Assembly (NCBI GenBank): GCA_973895155.1
Contig: OZ316898.1
Coordinates: 7,923,079 to 7,987,078, forward strand
Direction of reading: 5' to 3'
DNA: 64,000 nucleotides
Source of the DNA: Marsupella aquatica
Lineage: Eukaryota; Plantae; Marchantiophyta
Position numbers and translations under genes: made by a program. The notes under the pieces were generated by a model that saw only the letters and a list, made by a program, of their open reading frames with translations, made no database searches and was not told where the DNA came from. Every line of letters begins with the position of its first letter. Positions within the stretch are counted from its first letter, which is position 1. Below, one piece after another: positions 1-12,009 of the stretch.

Positions 1-70
1 CACGGTAGGAGACGAAATACGAGACGCGTTATCCATGGGATGAACCAGGGAAATGGAACAATAGACTCAC

Positions 71-1041
71 TTGTTTCTCTCCCAATGCATCAATCAGGCC
101 GATCAAGTCTCCAGTTATATCAAACACAGTGTACTTCTCAGCTTCCAATGGTGCATCGGTTTGACCAAAGCCCCGGATATCTGGGGCAATTGCGTGAAAT
201 CCTGCATTTGCTAATGCAGGTATTTGGTAGCGCCAAGTGAACCAAAAATCAGGGAACCCGTGCAGGAGAAGAACAACTGGACCTGGGCACAAATAGATAA
301 CAGTAGAATCGTTACCAGAGAATCTGCAGCAATGTTTCTTCTCAATTTAACCTTATCCAATATAGAATATTCACTCCCCAACTTTATCACAAGACCTACA
401 TGGAACAAGTAACCACCAGCAACCGGCAAAGAGCTCTAAGACTCCGGCAATAGGGGAGGATGCTGTTGCAGGTCGAGATAGAATTAGGTAGTTATCTCTA
501 AGCTTACAAATGCGTGGCGGTGTTGAAGGAATACCGCAGTGTCTGGGCTAGATAAGTCCAAAACAGAGCATGACGTAATGCGGCGAAGGCTAAGATATGC
601 GTTCTATTCCGCCCCTCTGAACTCCCAATCCTTTTTTTTCTGACGATCCAACCCTTCATATTTGAATTTTCCTTGCAACCTAAAGCTTTTCCAAGGAGCG
701 TCTTGACCGATCTCCTCTAGTCGAAGGGTCAATGTAATGAGCTTTCAGATTCAACAGCTTGCAGAAAGCGATTTCTCCGTCAACTCAAACCTTATTCAAA
801 TTAATCAACAACCAAGTCTGAGGTGAACAGATTCCTGAACCTGCGAAACATCCTTATCAGTCTGAAGCTCCAAACCCATCCTTCGCTCTCACGAAATACA
901 TACAAGTGAAACAGGGCGATAAAGTCCAACTCCCGACTCTAACCCCAGAAGTTCTGATTCTTTTGTCTGACCTGATCCTGCTTCCGCAATGTGCATATTG
1001 ATGCCATTTGTTTTGATGAAGCGATGAGTGATGCCTGACAT
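71..1041 (-). CDS. Soluble epoxide hydrolase (alpha/beta hydrolase), 5' part. Exon 1 1041-972, exon 2 282-71; the gene continues beyond the left window edge
   Basis: Spliced translation MSGITHRFIKTNGINMHIAEAGS/GPVVLLLHGFPDFWFTWRYQIPALANAGFHAIAPDIRGFGQTDAP...GDLIGLIDALGEKQ. HGFP oxyanion motif and APDxRGxG motif of plant epoxide hydrolases. GT-AG phase-1 intron joins in frame; a GTGAG donor follows position 71. Confidence 0.9.
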
Positions 1042-1639
1042 TATTGCTCCAAGACTCTGTCCACATATGTCAAGTGCAAATCACAAATTCCGCAAATCAC
1101 GCAATTCTGGTGCCCAATGGAGTAACGGCCACCACTTGCCCTCACTAAGTAAAGATGGAATTCATGGCCCACAAATTCCTAGACTACTGCCCCTCGGTAA
1201 CCCACAAAATCCCGCATAACCTACTTCAGTTCTCTCTGAACCCAAAACAACCAAGAAAATCCCACCAAAACCCAGTCACACACAAGTAAACGAGCCACTC
1301 TGCAGTCCTCTACTGTGACACTGGGCCACCACCAAAACAGCACCACTCGTTTAAAAGAGTTCCCGCATGAATTGGATCAATTCATATTCGAAGATTCGCT
1401 ACTCACCTCGCAACCCCTACACTAGCACGGAAATGTGGTGAAGCAGAAGCACCTCATCTACACATCGAATCCACAGTTGATTTCAGCAGCACGAGCAGTC
1501 TTGACAGCTTGTTGCACCAAACGAAGAAGCAACCAGAGCCCAGAGGAGTGAGTTCAGTGAGCTGCAATCAAATGCCCACTATTGAACTTGATGCATTGCA
1601 CGAGTGAATCGAAGTACTTTACTGTATAGTACTGCCAAC

Positions 1640-1918
1640 CAGTGTATTTTTTTAAGGATTTCACTTTTTCGCCAAGGTGGCTAATGTAAAGTGTGTCAAA
1701 GAGAAGATGCTCAAAAGATTCTATATTCAATTATTTTCCTGACCGTCAGATCTCCCTAGATTTAAGGCAGACCGTTAGATTCTGGCTATTGGGGCCTGGG
1801 ATTAGGTGGAACATTGGCTAATGAGACAGCAAAAAAGTAGCGAATTTTAGCCAAAAGTGGGGGAAGGATTTTTGGGGAGGTGGAATCTAGCGAATTTTCG
1901 CCACTAAAAAAAACACTG
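1640..1918. mobile_element. Non-autonomous hAT-type MITE (279 bp)
   Basis: Terminal inverted repeats CAGTGTATTTTTTT...AAAAAAAACACTG and a perfect 8-bp target-site duplication CTGCCAAC at 1632-1639 and 1919-1926. Confidence 0.88.
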
Positions 1919-2937
1919 CTGCCAACTATAAAGGGCCAAACCTAGAGAGATCCCAAAAGCCTCAACACCCTGGCCCACCCTTGACTAGGGAAGATGGTGG
2001 AGTGGGGCAGCCAACAAGGAGGGGGTGGAGTAAGGTGGGGCAGGAGCTTTATATGCAAGAGACCCAACCCAATGTTGAGGGCTCAAAAACATATCCAGGT
2101 AAGGGTAGAAGACATGGATGACCACCTAATGGTGAAACTTGGCCGGATGTTGATGGCCGGATTGTTTCAAGTTAACTAGAGTTACTTTGCTTAAGTCGTA
2201 AAGTTGATAAAATACTAGTAATTATTGAACTAAAATGAGTGACAAAGTATCTGTGTCAACAAAGAAGAGTGGCAATGTAATAAATCTCAGTCAGTATTCT
2301 CAAACCTCGTTGTATTATTTCCAATGGCCTTACCTTTGATGTACACTACCGAGCTTTGTCATCCCATCACTATTGATTCACTTTGCTCAGGCAATTATGG
2401 AGAGCTCTGATATCACCAAGACTGATGAGTGATAAGGTTGGTTTAAGAGACAGTCCATGAGGGCCATAAAGAATACCCCACTTAGATTACAAGTGGATTT
2501 TAAATTTCCTCTAGTAGGTTTGTTTGTCTCCCCCACCTCAAGTTCGATGCCTGGATGGATCACAAAGTTTGACCCACTGACTCAAATGCACCATCTGGCA
2601 TTTTAATTCATTTTTTTGTAATTAAATTTTTTGAAAAGGGGTGCCAGGGCCGTCAATAACACAGGAGGGGATGAATGCCACCCAGGAAAAAAACAAACGA
2701 GTCCCGGTGACCCGGAGGCAGAAAGCCCAACAAACACAACCACTAGTCTGGCCAAGAAGCTTTAAAGATGGCAAGCCGCACTACTGGAATTGATGTCACT
2801 CCCTGATGTACTCTTGGGAGGCATGCTTACGTTAATACCGCTGAGAACCTTTATTACTAAAGAGGGGTTCACATTCTTCTCCATCTAGCCATGAGGGTTC
2901 AAGCAAAGGTATTACATTTGTTTCCTAGTTTTCTATT

Positions 2938-5900
2938 TGGAGAGACCATTATTATTATGCTGCACCACCACATCAAGTGGAGAAGGTGCTTTCGTTTTGT
3001 ATCACACAGGGCGTTTCCATTATGTTTTGTATGAGGGTAGAGCCTTCAGACATGGGTCCTCTTGGGCGGACTACTTGGCCAAATGCGAAGCAAGTCAATG
3101 TCAGATCTTCGATCCTGCAACAGTTTCAATAAGACATATGTGAAAGCTCAAAGATGTAGGCAATGTGTCCTCAGACTCCATTCGCATATGGACCTTAACC
3201 AAGAGAATTGAATGGACTGAATTTCATGTCTGAGCTAGAAATGAAAACAATCTCGTTCAATTCCAACTGAAACAAATCTGTGGCCAAGTCTAGATTATGA
3301 ACCTGGTAGGCAATTCTCGCAATGGCGTCTGCGATGTCTTGGGGCAACAAAGCCCCGGCATGGGCATATCTCTTTCGTGCGTCAATGCCGGCTTTGTCAG
3401 AGGTGTCACTAGCCCATCTATAATTCCAGGCACCAAGAAACAAAGATTAGTGACATATATCAGAGAACCAACACAATCGAGAGATGTGCAATGAATCATA
3501 TCTGGTAATGCTGTATCGCTAGCTAGTTTACAAGAACTGGTATGCTTCCCAATCTGACCTGTATTAGAATTTACAGGAACTTGCACTGAAATTGATTCTA
3601 TTCTCATCCTTCTTTGACTAGCTACTTGATTTTTCTGCCAGTCAACATTGGGAAGTCACGTTGTCGGACTCACCTGCCACTGTCGACGCTCCCTGGATGC
3701 ACAGATGCCACTTTGATTCCAGTGCTTGCCACTTCTAAACGAAGAGCCTGCGCCATTCCTGTGAGTGCATACTTTGACGCAACATAGACGGAGAAGTAGG
3801 GAGCAATGACCGATAGGCCCAACACGCTGTTGACAAACACAATTTGCCCAAACCCTTGTTTCTGTTTCACACAAGTCTCTAAGTTTAGAAAAAATCTTCA
3901 CACATCAAGCCAAAGTGACAGGAACCTGGACAAATCTCAGAATCGATATGGACAGATCTTCGAACCAAACTTACTGCTTTTCAATCTTATCAAGAGGCAT
4001 TCCCTTCAGCCCAGCTAAGGGTGGCGAAGAAAAACCAATGCATAGGTAAATTAAAGAGGTTTTTTGAGAAAGTTGTTGCATGAAACCAGCCGCTCAACTC
4101 TGGTCGGGTGTGCAAGCAATGAAGGAAGAAATGAGAACCTTGAACCTTTTGCACGAAACCAACGTCTCAACCTGATCTGGTCAGGTGTGCAAGGCATCAA
4201 GGAAGAAATAAGAAATAGGTTTTTCAGTAGTGCTTAAGAATTTTCCACCTTGAATGCAGGAAGAGCCGCTTTGAGCCACAGAAAAACTCCCCGAACGTTG
4301 GAGTTGAAGATGTTGTCAAAGTCCGCTGCAGTGTGGTCTTCCAAAGGGACCTTCCAACTCGCCCCAGCATTCAGCACCAGTACGTCTATGTGCCCCAAAG
4401 CTTTGATTGCCTCTTCATAGTTCCTCTGGACATCGGCTTCTACGCCAACATCTCCCACCGACTTGTGCACGGTCCCGCCTCCTGCACCTGCGGGGACGTA
4501 ATTTATGTTCTTGTCAAACTATAAAACCCTTCTATGCCTGAGACAAGCTGTATTTGTCCCATCCAGTAAGTCATTAGGACGCCTCCAGAATTTGTGATCA
4601 ACGTAACATGAATTAATCTACCTCAGCACTTGCATTGGTAGATATAGAATGACTGTCAGTGAGCTCGGAATGTAGAAGATTTTGACAAAGGGGCAAGAGG
4701 AATACGTATGCCTCGGGGATTCTGAAAGCTGATGTATTCAAGCAGATTCCAGCCAGCGGCAGCCAGACGAGACCAACTAGTTTAATATTGAGAGCCATTA
4801 TTCTTCCCTCTTGCCAGCCTGGGAGCTCTGCCTAGTCGTTATTAGCACTGTATGGTAATCTGGCTACAATTCAAGCTTGAACCGGAATGCACAATAATTT
4901 ATAGAGCAAGTTGAGAGGCTGTCTAGATCTATGAAGGGAAAGAAAATCAATGATTAACTATATTGCCATGCAAGGATACAACAGACAGTACGAGTGCATT
5001 AAGTGAAATGATGCCTGAATTTCATCAATGTCTCGCTGGAGGCCGAGACCCCAAACACAAGGATAGCGATCAACAGAAAATTTGGGAGGTAGCAAGGACG
5101 AGCAATGGTCTTACACCCATTACCAAGAGTATTCGAGCTCTCTTTCGAACAAAGAGCTAGAACAAAAATGACACTAAATGAACATTTGATTGAATCGAAT
5201 CAACTCTACGGGACAAAAATGGGCCATGGGACCGAGAATGTGTATAAAAAGTTGTGAAAAAGCAGAGTCAAAATCTCCAGGCGTGGCAGTGGAGATTGGC
5301 AAGAGAGAGAGAGGGAGAGTCTGCAAGCAATTCAGATAGAACTGGGTGCAGAATTCTCACTATGAACAACTTATATCACATGCGTGGCATAGCACTTTCA
5401 ATTGGTGATGAAATTGAAAGTGCTTGCGATCAGAGAGTCATGTTGCAAAATCTCAGGACTCCAAAAAAACCGTGACTTGCAAGGTACTAGACAGGCGGCT
5501 AAGCACCCCCATTTATGAAGTTCGAGATAACAATTAGATACGACACGAGCTTATCAGTTATTTTGCTGAACGTACCTTTAGCTAGGCTGACGGTCTCTTT
5601 CAGCTTAGCTTCGGAGCGACCCGTGATAAACACTTCATGACCGTCCTTGGAGAATCTCAGGGCAGTTCCACGGCCAATTCCTCTGGAGCCCCCGATCACC
5701 AACACTTTCAACCTCATTGTTTCTTTTGCTCTTCGTTTGCTCGGTACCGTCCTTAGTCGCTGACGTTGATCAGCTCGATGATTCAACAGGAGACAAGACA
5801 CACTGTAGATCTCCACCTCAGTCTGGCAGGCAGCCCTTCTACGGAATCTCAAGCAACTATCCTTCCTCGGCCGAGGAAAATAATGTCATCAATGTACTAA

Positions 5901-6785
5901 GATTGATTCAGTGACCGATCGTAGTCCCTACTCATGCGATCGCCGTTGATCAGCAACAACACGGACATTCATGTGTATTTCAAAATTTCCGGTCCGTATG
6001 GTGTGCATCAAAAGGAAAGCTATAGCTGTAGAAAAGCATGCTTTTGCATCAGGTGGAAAGCTGTAGAGAAGGATGCTCGCTTCAAGAGGAGGAGGAAAAG
6101 TGAAGCGAAGCTTCGAGACTTGACCAAAATCAGAATGGGCCCACACTAAATCCACACACCAGAGCTCGCGAGAGCGATTGGAATTGACCACTTGATTTTA
6201 TTACTCTTATTACAGTTTGCTCATGACTCACTGTTGCTCCTCTAGTCACTCGACGAGATGCTCGAGGAAATCGGGATCCAAAAATCCCGTTTTGAAGGCT
6301 GAGCTTATCAACTTGGAAAGTGCTGACTCAGGACGATGCACAGATCACTTTGTACGTGATAATAAAAAAATGTATTCTGCCATGTTTTCATCTGAACCCC
6401 TCCGCTGCCAGAATGAGAGGACAAGATTAAGTGTCAAAAGTTCAGAACGGGTCTGTTAGTAGGAACTTGTTCAAGCCTACGCTAGAACCGAGTGACCGGG
6501 GTCTAGAGCACAGACCGTGGTGCTCAACGAGCTTACGCAGGGGAATGGGCCTGGTTCTGTATCCAATTCTGTTCTAGATTCAAGTCCTCCTCGATCGATC
6601 CCAAATTGAGCGAAAACATTACTGTAAGTGTGAAGAGTGACTGTGAGGTATGTGTAGGTGAGGGTGCCTCTTGCTTATTAAAGCATGCATCCAGAAATTT
6701 TCCAGCTCCTCGATTAATGACCCAGACAAGCATGCTCTGGTGGAGTTACGAGGGACATGTGCATGCACAGAAGTACAAATGATTG
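2938..6785 (-). repeat. Left arm of an inverted segmental duplication (partner about 13287-16970)
   Basis: Exons, introns, ~1 kb upstream and ~100 bp downstream align in reverse complement. Example: the reverse complement near 6750-6785 reads aatcatttgtacttctgtgcatgcac, as at 13287. Confidence 0.85.
3046..5717 (-). CDS. Classical NADP(H)-type SDR, copy A (250 aa). Exons 5717-5576, 4487-4249, 3861-3674, 3417-3303, 3114-3046
   Basis: GGSRGIG glycine motif, ITGRS, LVLNAG, NSNVRG, catalytic Ser (FVNSV), YVASK (YxxxK), HPGSVD. All four introns are GT-AG and phase-consistent; total 753 nt. Confidence 0.9.
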
Positions 6786-7209
6786 AAGAAAAATCACAAA
6801 CGGCATTTAAGGTGGCAGAAACTAAGTAATATATTATTTTCACTAGTACAAGAAAATTGGGTATGGAGTTCTCTGCCCGGCCAGATTACATGTTCAAACC
6901 TCAGATGCAGAGGAACTCCATTTTGACGTAGCAGGTTGAGGGGCCTGCCAATGCTGGTGCTCCAAACTTGGTGCAAAACCAGAACATTGCAGCGACACTG
7001 TTGGTTTACACTGCCACTAATCCCGATTCTGTGGGAGCACAAAATAGTCGCCATTTGCCCACTTTTGTACTTTGCTAAGACTAGTATTAGGGCATCTTTA
7101 TGAGTAATGGCTCTCGGCCTCAACATTTTCACAGGGCTGTATAGAAGTTTTTTCCACTCGGCTCTACAATGTTTATTTATTTATTTATTATTTAAATTAG
7201 AGGAAATAT

Positions 7210-7373
7210 GTGAAACCCCATAGAAAGTCAACTCAGTTACAACATTTGAACTCTACACTAATGAGTCTCAACTTGTGAGCTAGCACACACAGTGAAACCC
7301 CATAGAAAGTCAACTCAGTTACAACATTTGAACTCTACACTAATGAGTCTCAACTTGTGAGCTAGCACACACA
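7210..7373. repeat. Perfect 82-bp tandem duplication
   Basis: gtgaaaccccatagaaagtcaactc...gctagcacacaca starts at 7210 and again at 7292. Confidence 0.9.
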
Positions 7374-9286
7374 GCCATGCCTCTCCCTGCAGCTACAATG
7401 CCTTACTATCATAGCATGTGATCATTCTTTACATGAAACAAGTTATGGACTTGAAAGTCCATAATGTTTTCTGTCACTAACCTTAACCTAGTAATTAAGG
7501 TACATCAAGGATTGAGGTTGGAGAGTCCTATTGAAAATTTGAGACCCCTCTGGATACACAAGGTTTTGAAAATGGAGACAATCTTTGAGGTTTGAGTCTA
7601 TCCCTATTGGATATTTGGGACCCCTATGGATACACCAGATTTTGAAAATGATCACAACCTACTATCAAGGTTTGAGTTTTGAGACCAGTATTGGATATGT
7701 GGGCACTGGTGGATAAGAGATTTATTTCAAGGTGCCAAAAAAACAAATGATTTCCAACCGGGAGAAATAATCCCTGAGGCAAAAGACCCAATCAAGGGGG
7801 GAAAACCAAGGGACCAGAAGGACCTGGGCCAAAGCCTAGCTTGAGGGAGTGTCAGTACTCCTCTCATGGAACCCAGCGCTTACCACACTCTCCTATGGAC
7901 TCGGGAGAAGCGCACCCACGGGAAGAATCGAGCATGACTGGAGAGCTTCAAGAGCTGGGAACAGGTTAGGCGATGATTTGTCGTTGTCGGTTGCAGTGCT
8001 GAATTTCGGAATACCATAATAATCTAGTCTCTGAGCTCGATGGCCTGAGAATCTTGATTTGGTTGCCCTGCCGGCATCGAGGAGATGAGGAAGCTTGCTT
8101 GTGAGTACTGTAAGCACTATGTGCACTCCCCCAATCTGTTTATTTCTGGAGGAGATTCAAGCCAGCTCTGTTCTCGTTTCTCCACCTGCTTGGCTTTCTA
8201 GGGTGTGTGTTTGGATGATTTTTATGGTCATTGGTGGATCCCGCAGGTAAATGGAGCTTGTAGATATTCTAATTGCAGATTCTGCTCATTTTATATCAGA
8301 TAGTCGTACTTTTTTTCTGTTCTCAGTTTGGCGTTCTTCGTCCCTTGCTTGTCCTGCAGGGAGTGATCAAAGCTATTGTGGACTACTCAAGGACTGTGAG
8401 GTTGCCTGTACATGTTCGTGATGCTTTGGGCCGCATCAGTATAGCCAAAGCTAGAATGCTTTCTGGATGGCAACAAGGCAACTGTCGAGGTGAGGATTCC
8501 CTCACGGCCTTTTCTTAGATTGTGACTTGTTGTGTGACTCTCTCTGGTTAATGCATTGCCCATGTTGAGAATGACTCTCTCTGGTGAATGCTAATGCGTT
8601 GTTGCGAGCACGATCCGGTGATTTCCAGCTTATGGGTCTACTACAACCTTCCAAGTATAGAAATGAAAATGATGTCTTCAGTTTCGTGCCGGTCAAGCAA
8701 TCCAATACGGAAATTGAGGATTATTTCCAGAGATTTTTACTAACCGTCTGAAGCAAGTCCCCGCCTTTATATGTGTCTACATCGTTCTTAGGAGCCGTTG
8801 TTGTGTTCAGAGTCTTGGTTGAGTTCCTCAACCTTTCTTCGACCTAACATGCAGTCGAGCTTGAAGTTGAAACCCACAATTGGTGGCCCAATGCAATTTC
8901 GCCCAACCGAGCATTGAGGGTTATGGAAACGACTTCATTCTCAATTGCGGTGGTACTTGACTGCTCCAACCAGTATAACGGAATTTAGTTTAAAAACCCA
9001 ACTTCAATCGTTCTAATCTGCATCTGGAACGAATTGGCTTTGGTGTTTTTTAAATAACACCGACAGTGACACTACATGCCCAATGCAACAATGGTTTACT
9101 GTGTCTAAATGAATGACATTAGCGGGCATTGATCTGAGTCCATATCATGTAGTCAGGACCTACATTTTGAAGGCCAATTCCAGTTCATTGCACATTCAAG
9201 GAAGCTGCCGAATTTCAGCTCTTTTGTGCTTTGGAATATGACAATTTCATTATCATATTTCATAAGCTAGTTGATTTGAACCAGAT

Positions 9287-10303
9287 ATGGAGAAGACTGC
9301 CGAAAATGTTTCAGCTGGCGATGTATGCTCTGAGGTTACGATACTAGCAGAAGAATTCCTTTTCGAGCGCGAGGGCGCTTCATTTGCGAGCTGTCATGCT
9401 TCCACTATCTTGGAAATCGGGCCGAATGAATTTTTGGTGGCATATTTTGGAGGCTCGTATGAGGGAGCGGGGGATGTGCGCATTTGGCTGTCCAGATTTG
9501 ATAATGGGGTGTGGTGGGATCCAATGCCAGTCGACCTTGAGAAGAACGTGCCAATGTGGAATCCTGTGCTGTTTCGCATGCCTGACGGAGAAGTCCTGCT
9601 GTTTTACAAGATTGGGCCTGAGGTTCAAAGGTGGAGTGGGTTTATGAAGAGATCACGTGATTGTGGCAGAACTTGGGGCCCACGTGAAGCTCTTCCTCCT
9701 GGGATTCTGGGGCCTATAAAGAACAAACCTATTCTTTTGGAAGATGGAAGACTTCTTTGTGGATCATCAGTGGAGAGCTGGTCAGCATGGGGTGCGTGGA
9801 TGGAGATGACTGCAGATGCTGGGAGAACGTGGTCGAAGCATGGGCCCATCTATGTCAAGGACATATTAAATAGTGTCATTCAACCTGTGCCGTATGTCTC
9901 CAACTCTGGAGAGCTTCGCATGCTTCTTCGTTCAAGTGATGAAATTCTCAAGATTTGTGAGGCAACCTCTTATGACGGAGGCTACAGTTGGAGCTATGCA
10001 ACGCCTACTGAACTGCCCAACCCAAACAGTGGAATAGATGGAGTGAAGCTTATTGATGGACGTCTGGTCCTTGTTTACAACACATCGTCTCGAGGAATTC
10101 TTAAAGTGGGAGTCTCAGAAGATGATGGACGAACTTGGCAGGAGGTTTTGACCCTTGAGGATTATTACAGCAATGAGTTCTCTTATCCAGCAGTGATCCA
10201 GTCCGCTGATGGGCTTGTGCATATAACGTATACCCACAACAGGACTCGAATCAAGCACGTTGTTCTCAGACCTTCAACTTTTATTTCTTCCAGCAAAATG
10301 TAG
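9287..10303 (+). CDS. BNR/Asp-box repeat beta-propeller protein (sialidase-like fold, BNR_2 type), 338 aa, CDS without introns
   Basis: Asp boxes [24 protein letters not shown] and SEDDGRTW; family motifs [28 protein letters not shown] and FSYPAVIQ. No evident signal peptide. An AG acceptor lies just before the ATG, suggesting a 5'UTR intron. Confidence 0.88.
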   Translation: MEKTAENVSAGDVCSEVTILAEEFLFEREGASFASCHASTILEIGPNEFLVAYFGGSYEGAGDVRIWLSRFDNGVWWDPMPVDLEKNVPMWNPVLFRMPDGEVLLFYKIGPEVQRWSGFMKRSRDCGRTWGPREALPPGILGPIKNKPILLEDGRLLCGSSVESWSAWGAWMEMTADAGRTWSKHGPIYVKDILNSVIQPVPYVSNSGELRMLLRSSDEILKICEATSYDGGYSWSYATPTELPNPNSGIDGVKLIDGRLVLVYNTSSRGILKVGVSEDDGRTWQEVLTLEDYYSNEFSYPAVIQSADGLVHITYTHNRTRIKHVVLRPSTFISSSKM

Positions 10304-10968
10304 TCCAGAAGGTGCTCGACTTAGACTACAGACAAGTACAATATCGTTGTGTCCCACGAGAGGACTCGAATCAAGCATCTTGCTCTCTAAGACTTTCAAC
10401 TCTTATTTCTGCCGGCAAAGAGTAGAGCAGGAGGTGCTAAACTCTACTACAGCCAAGTTTACAATTGTACTTGCACCCGGCATCTTGTCGCAATCTCTCG
10501 TTTCCTCGGTGAAGTTTACTAAGATGGAGCCCACAAAGTCCACTTGCCAACTTGCTACCCAATTCGACAACTTTATATGCTCCATTTACGTACAATACAT
10601 CCAGAGTGAAATGCACAGTGAAATGTTTTGTAATGCCGATTCACAAAGCTGATTTCATATGTTCTAAACTTTGTCATTCATTCGAAAGCACCCACTAATA
10701 TTCTACTTAGGCTCAGTTTTTGCCAGAACAAAATGATCGTCGTGTCAGCAATTATTCCCCTCTAATGTTTCTCCAAGTTGAGAACAAAATGGTTGCCAAG
10801 AAATTTCAATTGAATTCTGTTTCAGTTATGAAAACTGAAGCCCCCACGGACTTAAACGTGAGACAAAATGTTCTGATAGACCAGAGAAACCCAGATGGAC
10901 GGCACAAAATCCTTTCCTGTGCTCAGATGCACTTTCCTTCGGTAAACAAATCCATACTTTCTCTTGTC

Positions 10969-11062
10969 AATAGTAACCTGGTCAATCAGGGTTGCAAGCT
11001 TCATGGGAATAGTAACCTGGTCAATCAGGGCTGCAAGCTTCATGGGAATGGTAACCTGGTCA
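10969..11062. repeat. 39-bp tandem repeat, about 2.4 copies
   Basis: Unit aatagtaacctggtcaatcagggttgcaagcttcatggg is repeated. Confidence 0.85.
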
Positions 11063-12009
11063 GGGTGGAAAGGTTCAGGGACCAAAGAAAGGGTCATGAG
11101 AGTGGTCGATCCGAGAATCGCTTTTCTTCAGTTATGTCACTCAACTCCCTGCAATTGAATCTATTACAATCATACAGTCTATTACCGAAAAAATTAGTCA
11201 ATTGTCCCCGGGCTTTCTTTCCCTCCGATCTTTTTGAAGATGGGGCCGATCGTTCACTGCGGGTGACTCGTAGAGCCTCACTGTGGGTTAAGCCTTGCAA
11301 AAGAGTAACCACAAAAACTCCAGCGTCCTAAACTCACTAAAACTCGGGTTGGGTTCACCAAGGGGTCGTCTGCGTATGCATTTTGCGGAGCAGCTATGGT
11401 TTTCTGTGTACCTTCCTTGAGACTCAGCTGAGGTAGGGAAGCCTGAACCGTTCAGTAATTTCCATAATAGAGAATAGGTTGATGTGTCGTCTAGGCCCAC
11501 CAGACTGCCAATCGTATGTCAACAACCTATCATCAATAGGACAATCACGTTCTACCAGAGGCTCTATTGATGGAATTTTCTGAGTCAAACGAGTGAGCAC
11601 ACAAGTTCCAGAAGCTCTTGTTCTGAATTTGACAGACATTGATCAAGAAATTAAAATTATTTTACAATCTGAACCTCACGGAGATGGTTATGTGCAATTG
11701 CTTCAACCAATATGAAGCAAAGATGCTCAAATGCGATTGAGAACTTTAGAGACCAGCCGACAACAACTAGCCGACTAAACTTTGTCAATAACAACGAGTA
11801 CCCAGCTCCTCCAATTTTCAAATAGTGCTTCTCCAAATTTCAGACACGCTTCCACCAGCCCGCTCCGCAATTTCTATTTCCTGAGTCCTCTGCGGCCAGC
11901 TTCAATCCCGATTCTACTCTCTCGTGTGTACATACTACTCGTTACAGCTCTTCTGATCCTTCTCTCTCAGCCGGCAAAGTGCCTTGCAGCATTAGAACTC
12001 TCGGATCCT

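Noticed and set aside
10720-11331. 203-aa ORF downstream of the BNR gene
   Set aside because: Non-ATG start, no motif, and length partly due to an in-frame 39-bp tandem repeat.
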